55,470 nt of DNA from Prorocentrum cordatum (lineage: Eukaryota): assembly GCA_963575745.1 (NCBI GenBank), contig CAUYUJ010000156.1:62001-117470 (forward strand), in the 5' to 3' direction. Shown piece by piece: positions 12,590-25,618 of the stretch. The position numbers and the translations under genes were made by a program. Below the pieces are notes generated by a model. That model was not told where the DNA came from. It did not search any database and was given only the letters and a program-made list of their open reading frames with translations. Within the stretch, counting starts at the first letter, position 1; the number at the start of each line of letters is the position of its first letter.

Positions 12590-12804
12590 TACCCCTGGTG
12601 CGCGCCGCCCAAGCCGCGGCCGATGTCGCTTGCCGTGGCCCGCGCAGCAAGTCGATATCTTGCCAGCCTGCCTGGCCTTCTGCCGCCTTCGCGGTCCGGG
12701 CGAGGCCACCGGGCGAGCACGGCGGACGCCATCTCGCCTCTGGCCGCGCCAGGACACGGCCCTCCTGGCTGCCAATACCTGGCGAGGGACAGCCACGTCC
12801 ACTA

Positions 12805-12983
12805 CTCCAGATGTCGTGATAGAGGGAGGGGGGTCTCATTTCGGTGGGGGGTCTCTTCCAGGCTATCTTGGAGGGCCTGGGGGGTCTGGGGACGCTGTTT
12901 TGGAGGGTTCTCCCACGGGGGAGGTCTGAAATGGCTTGTCTTGGAGGGTCCAGACCCCCTCCCTTTTATTACGAAATCTGGAG
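12805..12983. mobile_element. 179-bp MITE, TA-flanked, copy 2 (inverted relative to copy 1)
   Basis: CTCCAGATGTCGTGATAGAGGGAGGGGGGTCT ... CCCTTTTATTACGAAATCTGGAG; TA at 12803-04 and 12984-85. The interior is the reverse complement of copy 1. Confidence 0.85.
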
Positions 12984-14368
12984 TAGTTTTTCCTTCCCCT
13001 GGGGCGGGGAAACTGCCCACCTCCACCTCTGGAGACCGCTCTTCGCAGGGCACCTCGGGAAGCGGGTGTGGTCAGAAATCGGTCTCCTACTAGAGACCCG
13101 ACCTCCGACCGGGCGCAGTGCGCACACGAGGCCGACTGCGCTAAACACCCACGCCAGCAGGGAGGCCACCGCCTTCGTGCAGCCCACGCCATGGCCGGAC
13201 GACGCCTCCGACGCGCGCCCCTTCGGGGCAGGAGCGCCACCGCAAGGAAGCCCCGCACCCCGCCCGGTGTGTAGTCGAGACCTCTGTGGCGGCTGCCATC
13301 CGGGGAGGACTTGGGCGGCAGGCCGATGACCTCTGCGCCTCCGCGGCGCCGCCGAAGCGGGTGTGGAGGCCCACCTGCGGGCCTCTGCCAGCCAGCTCGA
13401 GGTGCCACCTTCATGCCGGGCTGCCCAGGGGCCAGGGGGCGCCCACGGCGCCGCGATAAGGACGCCGTTACCCCGAGCCAGCCCACGTCGCCGACCCCGA
13501 GGTCAGAGTAACGTGGCGAGAGCTCAGAAGTCGTACCTGCTCGAATCTTCTGACTCGGGCTTCTCCTTGGGCAGCCGTCGCCGAGGGAGGAGGATGCAAC
13601 TGGGCCGACTGCGGTCCGCAGCCACAAGAGCCAGGCTGGCCCAGAGATGTCCACGGCGCCGATGTGCAAAAGGAGGGGGGCAGCAGGGCGTGAGCGGTTC
13701 ATCTGTCCCGCATTGCGAAGCCCGAGCGTCATGGAGCAATTGCTTAGATGGCCTTTGTACGTCTACGGCTGGCACTGCCATGAAGACAACGATGTTCAGA
13801 GGAAGATGAGTTGAGACAACGGTGGTTGGCCTTCGTGGGGGCCCTTCGTCGCCATTTGGTGAGTTTTGGCTCCGGGAGGGGTCTCGGGACCAATTTAAGA
13901 TTTGCTGTTGTCTGACTCCGCCTTGCTCCGAGCTGTGTCTGGAGGTTGCGGGCCAGCTGGTTCTAACCATCACCACTGCAGCGCATACGTGACAGCGAAC
14001 TCTGTGACGACTGTGCCTTCAGCCTCGGCACGGAATCAGAGGCTTTCGCACATTCCTTCTGAGACTTTCCACGGCGTCGACCAACGCTACGAAGGCGAGG
14101 TGGTGAACAACCACTGCGCGACCAGCACGAGCCTCAACGACAGCTGGCCGACATTCGCACCAGTCACCCGTCGGAGGCTGGCCCATTAGTTTGCCCGTGG
14201 GACGGGCGACGGAGGACGAGGAGAAGGAGGAGAAGGAGGAGGAGAAGGAGGAGGAGGAGGAGGAGGAGAGGAGGACTCTCTGATGAGGACCCCCCCCGCC
14301 CTGGGAGGCCACCCCCCCTGCCCTTGGACCCTCTCTTCCCTGCGTTCTTCTCTCTCTCTCTCTCGGCC

Positions 14369-14553
14369 TCCTAGATGGGGTCGGAGTAGATGGGGTCTGA
14401 GGATCGCGATGCATCGCCGATGCATCGCTGCATCGCCGATGCGGCTTAATGGGGAGCCCAATTTTGCTTCACGTCGACGTCGCCGATGCATCGCCGATGC
14501 ATCGGCGATCTGGCGCGATCTTCCGACCCCATCTACTCGGACCCCATCTAGGA
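14369..14553. mobile_element. Foldback MITE with GCATCGCCGATGC core (other copies about 48908-49030 partial, 52817-52993, 53894-54125)
   Basis: TCCTAGATGGGGTCGGAGTAGATGGGGTC ... GACCCCATCTACTCGGACCCCATCTAGGA terminal inverted repeats; the same termini and core recur at the listed sites. Confidence 0.8.
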
Positions 14554-15500
14554 TTATGATGTTCCAACCTACTTAAGCCTTGACCACCAGCAAGAATTTC
14601 GAGCACCAGGAGAGTACCGAAACTTGAGGGTTTTCACGTGTAGGGCCCTGGGAGGCGATACTCGTTCGACATTGTTTCGATACCTTTCTGGATGCTCGAA
14701 ATTATTTCTGGGATGTGGGCCATGAGCGCGATGGGAGCGATATAAATCTAGGAGGCCTCTGCTCTCTGCTCCCTCCTTGGCTGCCCTCCCTCGGGGGCCT
14801 ATGGGGATTTTTACGGGTGCCGGTGCTTGCTGCGCCGTCTCCGCGCCTCTTCCAGGTTTACTCCGCCCCTTTCGTGTCCCTCCTCCTCGGCATCCCCGCC
14901 CATCGCTCCTCTTCGCCTACATGTAACATGGTGGGGCCAGGAGTGCAGGGATGACGAAGAGGAGGCGGAGGAGGAGGAGGAACACGAAGAGGCAAATGAG
15001 GAGGAGGAGGAGGAGGAGGAGGAGGAGGAGGAGGAGGAGGAGGAAGAGAGGAGAGGAGGAGGAGAGGAGGAGGAGGAGGGGGGTTGGAGGAGGAGGAGGA
15101 GGAGGAGGAGGGAGGAGGAGGAGGAGGAGGAGGCGGAGGAGAGGAGGAGAGGAGGAGCGGAGAGGAGGAGGGGGGAGGAGGAGGCGAGGGCGGGGCAGGG
15201 AGGGAGGCCGTCACGCGAGAGACCCTCGCCGCCACGAGGGTGGCCTCCAGTGGGCCTCCGGGACGGCACCGGCCCGTCGCGCTGACTGCCGAGGCCGAGG
15301 GCGACGGTGGGCCCAGAGCTTCCTGCTCCCATTCCTCTTCCTCTTCCTCTTCCTCTTCCTCTTCCTCCTCCCTCTCTTCCTCCTCCTCCTCCTCCTCCTC
15401 CTCCTCCTCCTCCTCCTCCTCCTCCCTCCTTCTCCTCCTCCTCCTCCTCCTCCTCCTCCTCCTCCTCCTCCTTCTCCTCCTCCTCCCCCTCTCCCGCCTT

Positions 15501-15522
15501 CCAAGAACCGTTCTGGCTCAAT
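15501..15522 (+). other. Possible degenerate DinoSL relic
   Basis: CCAAGAACCGTTCTGGCTCAAT versus DinoSL CCGTAGCCATTTTGGCTCAAG. It lies just after a (CCT)n tract and upstream of an intronless coding-like segment. Confidence 0.45.
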
Positions 15523-15652
15523 TGCGCCGCAGCGCTTTTGGGCCGAGCTCCGCACCTTGGCGAGGTGTTCTTGACGACGGGCTTCGCCGCCGCGCCGCGT
15601 GCCGTGGCGAGTCCCGACTAAGGCGCAGCAGAGCAAGCAATGAGCTGCTGAT

Positions 15653-17297
15653 GTGGGCCTTCCCCTGCGGCGGCCGCTGGTGCTCGTGCGGGGCGCCCTC
15701 GGGCCCGCCGCCGGTGCTGGAGGTCGTCCACTGGTGGGCGGATCACAACCGCAGGCGCCGGAGGCGCTTGGCGCCATCGTGGCCCTCCGCGCCGAATTCG
15801 CGGGCTTGCGCGGGGAGCTGAGCGCCGTGGGTGAGCGGCCAGTCCAGTCGGCAGCGGCGGCGGTCGAGGCCCCGAGGAGCGAGGTGCAGCAGCAGGCAGA
15901 CGAGGTCGTCGAGGCCAGTGGAGGCGGCTGGCAGAAGCCGCGGCGCCCTGCAGCCTGCCAGGTGCGCGGTGCTGCCGCAGCGAAGCCCTTCGCGTCGCCC
16001 ACGCGCATCGAGGCGCTGGCAGAGGAGGCCGACTGTGACGGCGAGGGCTCGCCGGCCGCCTTTTTGGCCAGCCAGGTGAAAGGCGGAGCCGGCGAGTATG
16101 AATGCTACGTCGTGGACCCGCTGCGGGACTTCGTCGCCGCTGGAGGCGGGAAGAGGAGGGGGCAGCCCTTCGCTCGCCGCCGCGCCCATGACGGCGAGGA
16201 CGTGAAGGACGAGCTGGACGTGATGACGTCCCTGTCGCCGCCCGCGCGCTGCGTCCTCACGGGTGAGCCGCTGATGGAGCTGGTTGTCGAGGGCGTCGGC
16301 GGCAAGACGGGCGTCGTGCCGCTGCAGTGGATGGCGTCGACGTCACCGCGCGGCTTGGCAGAAAATCGACGGGCAGCAGGACGTCGACCACAGCGGGCCC
16401 GTGCGCGGCGAGGGGGTAGGCCACTGCGACGGTGAGAGCAAACTGGAGGGCCTCGACGTGACGAAGGACTTCGGCTACCGCCAGCCCCTGCGTGGCGAGG
16501 GCAGGCCACGGCGAGGGCGAGATCAAGCTGGAGGGCATCGACGTGCCGAAGGACGTCAATCACGGCAAACCTCTGCGTGGCGAGGCGGTAGGCCACTGCG
16601 AGTTCGATGGCAAGCTGGAGGGCATCGACGCGCTGCGCGACGTCGACCACGGTAGACCCCTGCGAGGCGACGGGGTAGACCACTCCGAGTGCGAGGGCAA
16701 ACTGGAGGGCATCGAAAGGACGTCGACTACGGCAAGCTGGATGGCAGCGACGTGCTGAAGGACGTCCGCTACGTCGGACCCTTGGCGGCGAGGGGGTAGG
16801 CCACGGCGAGTGCGAGGTCAAGCAGGAGGGCATCGACGTGACGAAGGACGTCGACCACGGTGGACCCCTGCGTGGCGAGGGGGCCGGCCACTGCGAGTGC
16901 GAGGGCAAGCTAGAGGGCAGCGGCGCGCGGCAGGACGTCGACCACGGTGGACCCCTGCGCGGCGAGGGTGTAGGCCACGGTGAGTGCGAGGTCAAGTTGG
17001 AGGACCTCGACCTGACGAAGTGCAAGCTGGTGGGCATCGGCAAGAAAGGCAGGCCGAGGGAGAAGGGCAAGGCCGCACAGGCGACGGAAAGCGCCGCAGG
17101 CCTGCCCACCGCGGACGACGCCGCCGAGCGGGTCAGGCAGGCGCTCAGCCTGGCCACCGCCGAGTGCCCCGAGCTGGAGGCCCAGCTCGCAGCTCGCAGC
17201 CGCCCACGCCGACCTCGCCATAGAGGAGATCGAGGTGCGCGCGGCGGTGGTGGAGCCGGCGGCGGCGGGCGGGGCCTGGGACGAGCCCCCCGCTTGA
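15653..17297 (+). pseudogene. Intronless, frameshifted coding-like segment with 7-8 tandem 87-bp (29-aa) repeats
   Basis: G/C-ending codon bias. N-terminal coiled-coil-like 'ALRAEFAGLRGELSAV'. Repeat consensus DVDHGGPLRGEGVGHCECEGKLEGIDVTK, with unit starts at 16380, 16467, 16552, 16639, 16719, 16761, 16847 and 16934. Indels split it over ORFs 15653-16435, 16284-16655, 16492-16758 and 16838-17548; probable stop TGA at 17295-17297. Confidence 0.6.
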
Positions 17298-20200
17298 GGC
17301 CGCCGGCCTTCCCGCGCCTCGGGCGCGGGGGTGGGGCGCGGCGGCTCGACCGTCACTCTTCCGCTCCGCTTTTGCTCTTACCCTTGCTCCTCTCCCGCCT
17401 TCTGCTCCTGCTCCTCATCCCAGAGGGCTCCGCGCTGCCTCGCGCCGGCGCGCGCGCGCGCCGGCGGCCACGCGGGGCCCAGCCCTTTCTGGGGGCGGGG
17501 GGGAGGAAGGAGTCCACCCATTTTGCTTGCTTTTCTGACAGAGCCTGAGGCGTTAGGATGCAACAGAGAGAAAGAAGGTCGCCGCTTTGGGCGCAGTGAA
17601 AACAAATAGTGCCTGCCTTTTTGTTCCTCCTCCTCCTTCCCCTTTTTCTTTTTTTCTGGTTTTTTTCCTCATCTGCACGGTGCGCAGACCAGAGGGCTGT
17701 GAGTGGCGACGGTGGTAGTCGGCCTTCGGGCGGGGGTGGGGGGGCCCAGTGGTGGCCGCAGCTGGGCCCCGTTCGAGAAGATCTGGTGCGTCGGGCTTCT
17801 GGGAGGGGTCTGGGCCCGATTTTGACCGGCCGCTGTCTGAACGCGCCCTGCTGCGAACGAAGTCTCGGAGGAGGAAATGATGCGCCCATGTCTCTGCCCT
17901 TCCTTCGTTTTCCCATCTTTGGGCTTTTGCAGAGGCCCTCGTCGTCACCGCTGGATTCGCTTCGACGTCCTGGTCAGAACGCACCCCAGAAGAGATCCAG
18001 GGAGTCGGTGCCCTTTGGTTTCCCCCAAACTCCTCCTGTCCCCGATGTGCAGCCCGTGACCGGCCACATCCTGCAATAGAGTGTTATATTTGGGGGGTCC
18101 ATGTCCTCTGGGAGGCCCCAGCTGGCGGATCAGAAAAAAGGATCCAGCGCAACGGGATGGGATAGGCGGGAAGGACACGATGCCAGATGTGGCGCGAGTG
18201 CGTCTGGCTTGTTCCTTGCCCCCTTCTCGAGATGCAGTTCCAGGGCGGTTACATTCAGCATCGGCGCCGAATTATCCGCGCTTGAACACCGGCATAGTCC
18301 CGCTCATTCCAGCCTAATCCGACTTACTCCTGGATTTAAGCCTGGCGAGTTGGGCCCAAGGGCCCTTTGACTAGGTCGAACCGAGCTGAACATGTTCTTG
18401 CGAAGCCCTCCCAGGAGTCGTCTCCCAGACCTCGGAGGCCCCCCCAGAGGTTTGGGCCTCTTCCCCAAGCCTGGCCCGGCTCGTTTTCCCCAGCCGTTGC
18501 TTGACGTTCCTGGGGCCTGGCGGGGGCCGACGGAAGCCGAAGACGTCCAAGAGTCGCCCGCACGACGCGAAGGGGCACGGGTTCCTCCTCCTCCCCGTCC
18601 TCCCTCCCCGTTCTCCTCCTCCTCCTCCTCCTCCTCCTCCTGCTCCTCCTCCTCCTCCTCCTCCTCCTCCTCCTCCTCCTCCTCCTCCTCCTCCTCCCTC
18701 CTCCATCCCCCCTCCTCCTCCTCCTCCTCCTCCTCCTCCCTCCACTCCTCCTCCTCCCTCCTCCTCCTCCTCCTCCTCCTCCTCCTCCTCCTCCCTCCTC
18801 CTCCTCCCACCCCCTCCTCCTCCTTCTCCTCCTCCTCCTCCTCCTCCTCCTCCTCCTCTTCCTCCTCTTCCTCTTCCTCCTCCTCCCCCTCCCCCTCCCC
18901 CTCGCCGTGCCTGGGGCGGCGGCGCGCGTGGCGTGGACCTCTCGCCACGAGGCGCCGCCCGCCCCGGCGCTCCCCGTGCGAGCTCGCGCCCTGCCAGAGG
19001 GCCGCGCGCCGCGCCAGCAGAACCGCCTGCCGCCCTTCTCGGTCCTTGGAGCGTGGTGCCGTGCTGCGGGGGCGGCCCCGCCGCCGAGGCACGCGGCCGT
19101 GTTCGCCCGCGTGGGTTCGGCCTCTGACGCAGGCTCTGCTGACGGGCAGGGGGGGTCGGGAGGGGGGGAGGGCAGGACACAGGAGGGGGAGGAGGGAGGG
19201 GAGGAGGGGGGAGGAAGGGATGGGGGAGGAGGGCGCAGGAGGAGGGAGGAGATAGAGGAGAGGAGATGGGGAGGAGGGGGATGCGGGCGGACATGGGAGA
19301 GAGGAGGACGAGGGAAGCTGAGGACAAGGGCACATCAGGAGGAGGTGAAGGAGCAGGGCACCTGAGGCAGAAGGATCATGGAGGAGGAGGTGGAGGAGGA
19401 GGAGGAGGAGGTGGAGGAGGAGGAGGAGGAGGACGAGGAGAAAAGAGACGAGAAGGAGGAGGAGAAGGATCATGGAGGAGGATGAAGAGAAGGAGCAGGA
19501 GGAGCGGGCACCCGCCGCCCCTCTTGATCTGCCTCCTCTTGCAGGGGTCCGGCTCCGCTTCCCCGGTGTGGGGGGCGCGGCCGCGTGGCAGCTGCAGCGT
19601 TAAGTTGGGCATTCCCCCCCCCTCTACATGAGGAACATCCACGACTAGTACAAACATAGTTGTGTGACGACATTATTTTGTTTTGGAAAATGTTTGACGA
19701 GGACGAGGACGAGGAAGAGAAGGAGGAGGAGGAGGAGGAGGAGGAGTAGGAGGAGGAGGAGGAAGAGGAGGAGGAGAGCGTCATCGACAGGGAAGGTGGG
19801 GGCCACGAGGTCCGCCGGCTCGACGACGCCCGCGTCGCCCGCGCCCGCCCCCTCACTCTTATCCGCAATTGCGGGGTGCTACGTAGTCGTGTGACGATAT
19901 TCCTTTGTTTTGGACAATGTTTGAATATTGTTGACTAGTTTCATGTTCCTTCCACAGTTCGCCTGTGGGAGGACATGTCCCACCTAACGCTGCCGCTGCG
20001 TGTCATGTGCCAACCCAGCATCCTTCAGGGAGACCTGGTGATCGGCTGGATCTGAAAACTGCTCAGTTGCAATTGGATTCTCGCCGGATGAGGAGAGAGT
20101 CCTAGACACCCAAAACAATCCCTGTGAAAACGCAGGGTTCGCGACACCAGGAGTGCCCAAACCTTGTGTTTTCATCTGGATCTTCGGGGCTTCTGGGATG

Positions 20201-20774
20201 AGACATGAGGAGCCACTGTGCTTACATTTGGATGGTTGTCATTATGTGTGTTTGATCTCCCAGTGAAGATCCCGCCCAGCAGCCCCGGAAGGTTCAGAGC
20301 AGCGGACTTCCCCCAAATAAGAACACCTTTTTAAGTTGCGGGGCGAGAGCGAACCTCTTCCGCTGAAAGCTAAGCGGGACGCGCACAGCTGGAATTAGCA
20401 GAAAAGAGGGCAGAAGAAGGCGGGGCCTCCCAAATAAGAACACACATGGAAACACAGGGCTGCCTCACTTCCCATTCGAGAAATCCCAAACATCCAAGCG
20501 AAACCATCACTGACATCGCAAACCTTGCGTTGTCATCCAGATGTTTCGAGATCCTGGGGATCGGAGCTCCTCGGAGGGCTCCTGGGCGGGAGTTTCGTTG
20601 GAGGGATGAGAATCCACCCAAAACATCCAAACGAAGACACATGGTTTCATTGCTCCTCACCCCAGATATCCAAACACCCAAATGAAAGCACAGGGTTACC
20701 GTACCTCTGACATCGCAAACCTTGCTATTTTTCAATGCGTGGGGATCGAAACCCACACCTTAAGAAGCCGACTG

Positions 20775-20855
20775 GGAGAGAGAGAGAGAGAGAAAGAGAG
20801 AACGAGAAAGAGAAACAACGAGAAACACTATATACATATGTGTATGTATATACAT

Positions 20856-20890
<35 letters not shown>

Positions 20891-21080
20891 GAGAGAGAGA
20901 GAGAGACAGAGAGGGAGAGAGAGAGAGAGAGAGATAAACAAAAAGAGAGAAACAGAGAGAGATAACACAAAAAAGAGAAAGAGAGAGAGAGAGAGCGAGA
21001 GAGAGAGAGAGAGAGAAAGAGAGAGCGAGAGAGAGAGAGAGAGAGACGAGGAGGAGGAGGAGGAGGAGGAGGAGGAGGAA
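20775..21080. repeat. (GA)n/(TA)n microsatellite complex (similar tracts at about 22912-23300, 24798-25090, 36520-36635)
   Basis: Direct reading. Confidence 0.92.
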
Positions 21081-22954
21081 AAAGAAAAATAATGACAACC
21101 ACCGTGGTTAGTGAATGCAAGTAGGAATGGGTGCTGTGGGGGGCTGTTCAAACATGTGAAAGAGCGCACTCTGTGGTCGTTTGAGGGGGGGGGGGCGGGG
21201 AACCAGGCCCCCCTCCCTGGATGGAGGCGGGCAGGGGGGTTCAAACCCCCTTCCCTCCTCCCCTACTGCTCCTCTCTCCCTCTCCTCGGGCCGGCGCCGG
21301 CGTCGGCGGCGGCTAGCGGCGGCGGCGGGGAGCGTCGATGAAGACGACGGCTTCCTTTCCTGGGCCAGCGCCAGCGCCTGCGGCGGCGGGCGGCGGCGGC
21401 GGGGACCTTCGACGAGGACGACAGCGACGACGACGACGACGACGACGACGACACTCCGCCACCGTGGCAAGGTCTTGGGTCAGAGTCCTAATGGATGCCT
21501 CTTGGGGTCTCGTCGGAGGGCTCTCGGGGGGCTTCTGAAGGGCATTTGTGAAGCCTCCTGGGCGCCTCTTGGGCGCCTCTTGGGTGTGTCTTGGGGCCTC
21601 TCTGAGGTGGTGGTGGGGTGGTGGTGGTGGGCTGTGGTGGTGGTGGTGGCGGTGGTGGGCCCTCTCTGGTCATCGTCGCTGCGTCCCCGCCGTCGGCGCT
21701 GCTGGCGGCCGCCAGCGCCCGCCCCTGGGGGGAGGGGTTGGACCCCCCCACCCCAGGGGGGGGGGGTTAGGGGGAGGGGGGTCCCCCTGGTTCTGATCGA
21801 CGGCGCCGAGTGTTGGTGGGGGGGCGCCCTCTGGTTCGGAACGCGCCGCTGAATGTTTCCAAGGCGAGCGCCCGTGAAACGCGTTCTCTCAAACACACAT
21901 ATATATATATAAATATGGATTGCCTTTCCTTTGTTCTTGTAATATAAGACCCTGGAACCCCGGATCCCTGGCCCCGTGGGCCCCCTGGACGCCCTTGCAG
22001 AAGGTTCCCCGGGCTTTTGGGGAGCTCCCGGAAGCCCCCCTCTCTGGGCCCAGGCAAGGAGCTGTCGAAGTGCAGACGAGCAGTGCCTTCCTCAGGTTTT
22101 TGCAGGATTTCGGGGGTGCTCTCTTCTTCGGTCTTCAGTCAGAGCCGGCCCGTTAGAGACACCGGAAGTCCATACCGCTTTTTGGTACCCCTCGCAGGTC
22201 AAGAGAGTTTGGGGACTTGGGTCCCCCCAGGCAGGCCAGCCTCGAGATGGGGTATCATCCGAGACCGCCCAAGAGGCCCGACCCTCAGGGCAAAACGATG
22301 CGAAAGGGCTTCCAGGCAGCCCAAGATGGCCCGAAGAGAGCCCCATGACGACCCAAGATGGCCCCAATACGTTCCCCGAAACATTCCGAAGCGTAAACCG
22401 GTCGTTCAGGGAAATCGCAGTTGGAAGCAGGGTGGCCCGCCAGAAGGCGCTCAGCAGGCCTCGGGAAGGCCCCCTCAAAGCCATGCAAAATTTTCGTGAG
22501 GCCCGCAAGAGGCTCTCCAAGGAGGAGCCTCCGCAAACAGAGCAGAGCAGGATGGGGAAGGATTTTCAAAGCATGGCGAGAATGAAGAAGAGGAATGGGA
22601 ATCATGAGGGAAGGATCACGAATGACTTCGTTATGACGACGATGCCGGACGAGATACGATGAGTTATCGCTATCGTCTCTGCTTTACCTTCCTGCCCGTT
22701 CGCCGCGACTTCAGCCTGCACGCCAAACTTCAAGGACCAAGGTACATGGCGCGAAGCGCCAATGCAGTCTTGTGTACATTTATAGCACCCCTAGCGGAGG
22801 AATAATAATTTTCTGCGATTGGTCAGACCTCAGTGTTTCAATACCAGCGTCGAACTGATAATTAGTTGCATTTTTTGGGGGGGGGGGAGGGTTAAAGATC
22901 TTTCAGGGTTTTTATATATATATATATCTATACATATGTCTTATATATAATTAT

Positions 22955-23001
<47 letters not shown>

Positions 23002-23272
23002 AGAGAGAGAGAGAGAGAGAGATGGAGAGCCAGAGTCCCTTTCTGCGAAACCTTGAATGTCGCTGCGGCCTGCGTTCGGCACTGAAGCGTGTTTCAGAGA
23101 GAGCCGTGCTCGGCGCTGCGAGCGCTCTCTGGGCGTCTGGCACTCCCAGACGGCCTGGGCCATAATATTCTGGACAGAGAGAGGGGGACAGAGAGAGATC
23201 TATATATAGAGAGAGAGGGAGAGAGAGATCACGGGACAATAACAACATGAGTTGACGATGAACTCAGGGTGG

Positions 23273-23306
<34 letters not shown>

Positions 23307-24429
23307 GGCTCCTCGTGTGGGCGCCACCTGGCAGGAGCAGGTGTCGGTGGTGCTTCTAGCAGGGCCACTCGGCCAGGGGGGGGGGGGAGGTGAGGCGGGA
23401 AGGACATAAATACAGTCAAGACGCTGAAATACGGAACAGTTTGGATTCGGAAGGGGCTCGATGTTCCTTAGGTTCCTCCAGTGCTGTTCCTCTTGCCCTC
23501 CTGGGGCACGGAGGCGCTTACAGGGCCAAGAAGGGGCTCCGTTCCTTATTTAGCGTTCCTTCTTTCAGCGGCCCGACTGTAGTGAAAGAGGGGGAGGGGG
23601 AGAGAGAGAGAGAGAAGAGGCCCTGGACACCCCGCGGGCCTGCGGGCAGGCTCGCACCCTCGGGTGTCTCGTGCCTCGCAAGTGGGGGGGGTCTTTCGAC
23701 CACCGAAGCCTGCCCACAGGTCGCGAGCGAGTGAGCATCTGAACATCAAACGAAAACCAGATCAACATCAACGTATGTTTAGGGTCGAACGCCTTGTGGG
23801 GGTGACATTCGAGCCGTCCTTGGGCGTCTGGCGGGGGTCAAGGGCAATGTGAGACCATCTTCGACCGCCAGGGGCGTCTCATGGGCCTGGCGCCGACCGT
23901 CTTTGAGACTGCCACCCGCCAGTGCGCACGCCTTGGCAGGGGCTGCTAGTCCCCTCCCCGTGCCAGGGAGGGCGTCTGGCCAGCCCGAAAAAGCCCAAAT
24001 TCTAGACGCTTCACGTAACCCACCAGCTTTTTTCTTCGTCGTCTCGCCCCCTCCTGCTTCGCCCGCGGTGCCGTGTAGCCGGCTCGGCGTAGCGGCCCCT
24101 TCTTTTTCCGCACGACTTTGCGACGCCGCGCGGGTGTCCGCTCGCGGTCGCGATGAAAAAGTAACTAACCCAACCAGCTTGTTTTCCTCCGTTTATTTTC
24201 CGCTAGACGCGTCGCGTAACCCCACCAATTCTCCGTTCTTCCGCTTGTTTTCCTTCCCCCCCTGCCGCGGAATTTAGATCGTTGCTAGTCAGCCGCGTTT
24301 CTTGACGGCGCCTGGCATCCCGGCGCGCTTGCGAACAACAAGTACCCCCACCAGCCCGTCCAGAAACGATGCCCAGAGGAATCGCCTCGATCAGGGAAGT
24401 GGGCAGCACGCAGAGGAAGGGTCCCCCAG

Positions 24430-24645
24430 TGGAGGCCTCTTGGAGGTCTCTTGGCGGCCCCAGACGCCTCTTAGAGCGTCTTGGGTGCCTTGGAGAGCTT
24501 CTTGGGGCCTCTCGGGGGTCTCTTGGGAACCTCTTGGAGGCCTCTTGGGCGCCTCTTGGGGCCCCTTGGGGCCTCCTGGGCGCCTCTTGGGGCCCTCTTA
24601 AAGCGCTCTTGGGAGCCTTGGGAGCGCTCTTGGAGCCCGGTTGAG
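24430..24645. repeat. GGCCTCTTGG-type low-complexity dispersed repeat (also about 21495-21605, 49400-49700, and inverted at 53560-53670)
   Basis: Degenerate ~10-11-nt GGGC(G)CCTCTTG units at several loci. Confidence 0.7.
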
Positions 24646-24795
24646 GCTTCGGACGGCCATCGGAAGCGAAAAGGCGAGAAGCCAAACACATAGATGTTCC
24701 AAAGGTTTTGGAAGGATTTTGGCCTCTTCGGGGGGGCGGGGTGGTGGGCCTTTTTCCGGAGTCCCCGGCAGTATAACAATATATGACTAGGAATA

Positions 24796-24834
<39 letters not shown>

Positions 24835-25024
24835 ATGTGTGTATGTGTGTATGCGTGTATGTGTGTATGTATGTATGTATGTATGTATGTATGTATGTAT
24901 GTATGTATGTATGTATGTATGTATGCATATGTATACATATATATATATATAGATAAAAGGGGGAGGGTGTGTGAGAGAGAGAGAGAGAGAGAGAGCGTGA
25001 CCGAGAGAGGGAGAGCGAGAAAGG

Positions 25025-25055
<31 letters not shown>

Positions 25056-25056
25056 C

Positions 25057-25090
<34 letters not shown>

Positions 25091-25596
25091 CTTCACAGCG
25101 GGAGCCAGAGCAGGCAACCGAGCAGGCGCGCCGCAGCCCCGCGCCGCCTTCCAAGATCCTCGCGTGCGGGGCGGCGGCCCGCGCGGCAATCAAATGCACG
25201 CCGCCCTGCGGGGAGCTCTGCAGACGCGTGGCGGCCCGTCCGCTCCGCCGCGGGCCCCGTCCGCGCCGCGGCGCCCCGCCGCGAGGCCCTCGCCCCCTCG
25301 GCGGGGCTGGCGCGCGCGCGCGCGGCGCGCGGCGGGCCGCGGGCGGGTCGGCGGCGCAGCCCCGCGGGTGGAGCCCCCGGGTGGCGGCAGCGCCCCTCTG
25401 AGGCCGCCGCAGCCCTGCGCGTGCGAGCGCCCGCCAGTGCGGGGGGGGGGGGGGGGCGAGCAGAGGGGGTCCGAGGACCCCGCCGCCTCCACCTCCTCCT
25501 CCTCCTCCTCTCCTCCTCCTCCTCCTCCTCCTCCTCCTCCTCCTCCGCGCCTCCGCCTCCCCCTCCTCCTCCTCCTCCTCCTCCTCCTCCTCCTCC

Positions 25597-25618
25597 TCCG
25601 TAGCCATTTTGGCTCAAG
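25597..25618 (+). other. Exact dinoflagellate spliced-leader sequence (DinoSL) in genomic DNA; retroposed leader, not an SL RNA gene
   Basis: TCCGTAGCCATTTTGGCTCAAG matches DCCGTAGCCATTTTGGCTCAAG at 22/22. It is followed by CC rather than the GT donor expected in an SL RNA gene. Confidence 0.95.

Noticed and set aside
14280..14320. Hammerhead ribozyme (CTGATGA; also at about 34931 and 39579)
   Set aside because: No stem II followed by GAAA core could be formed.
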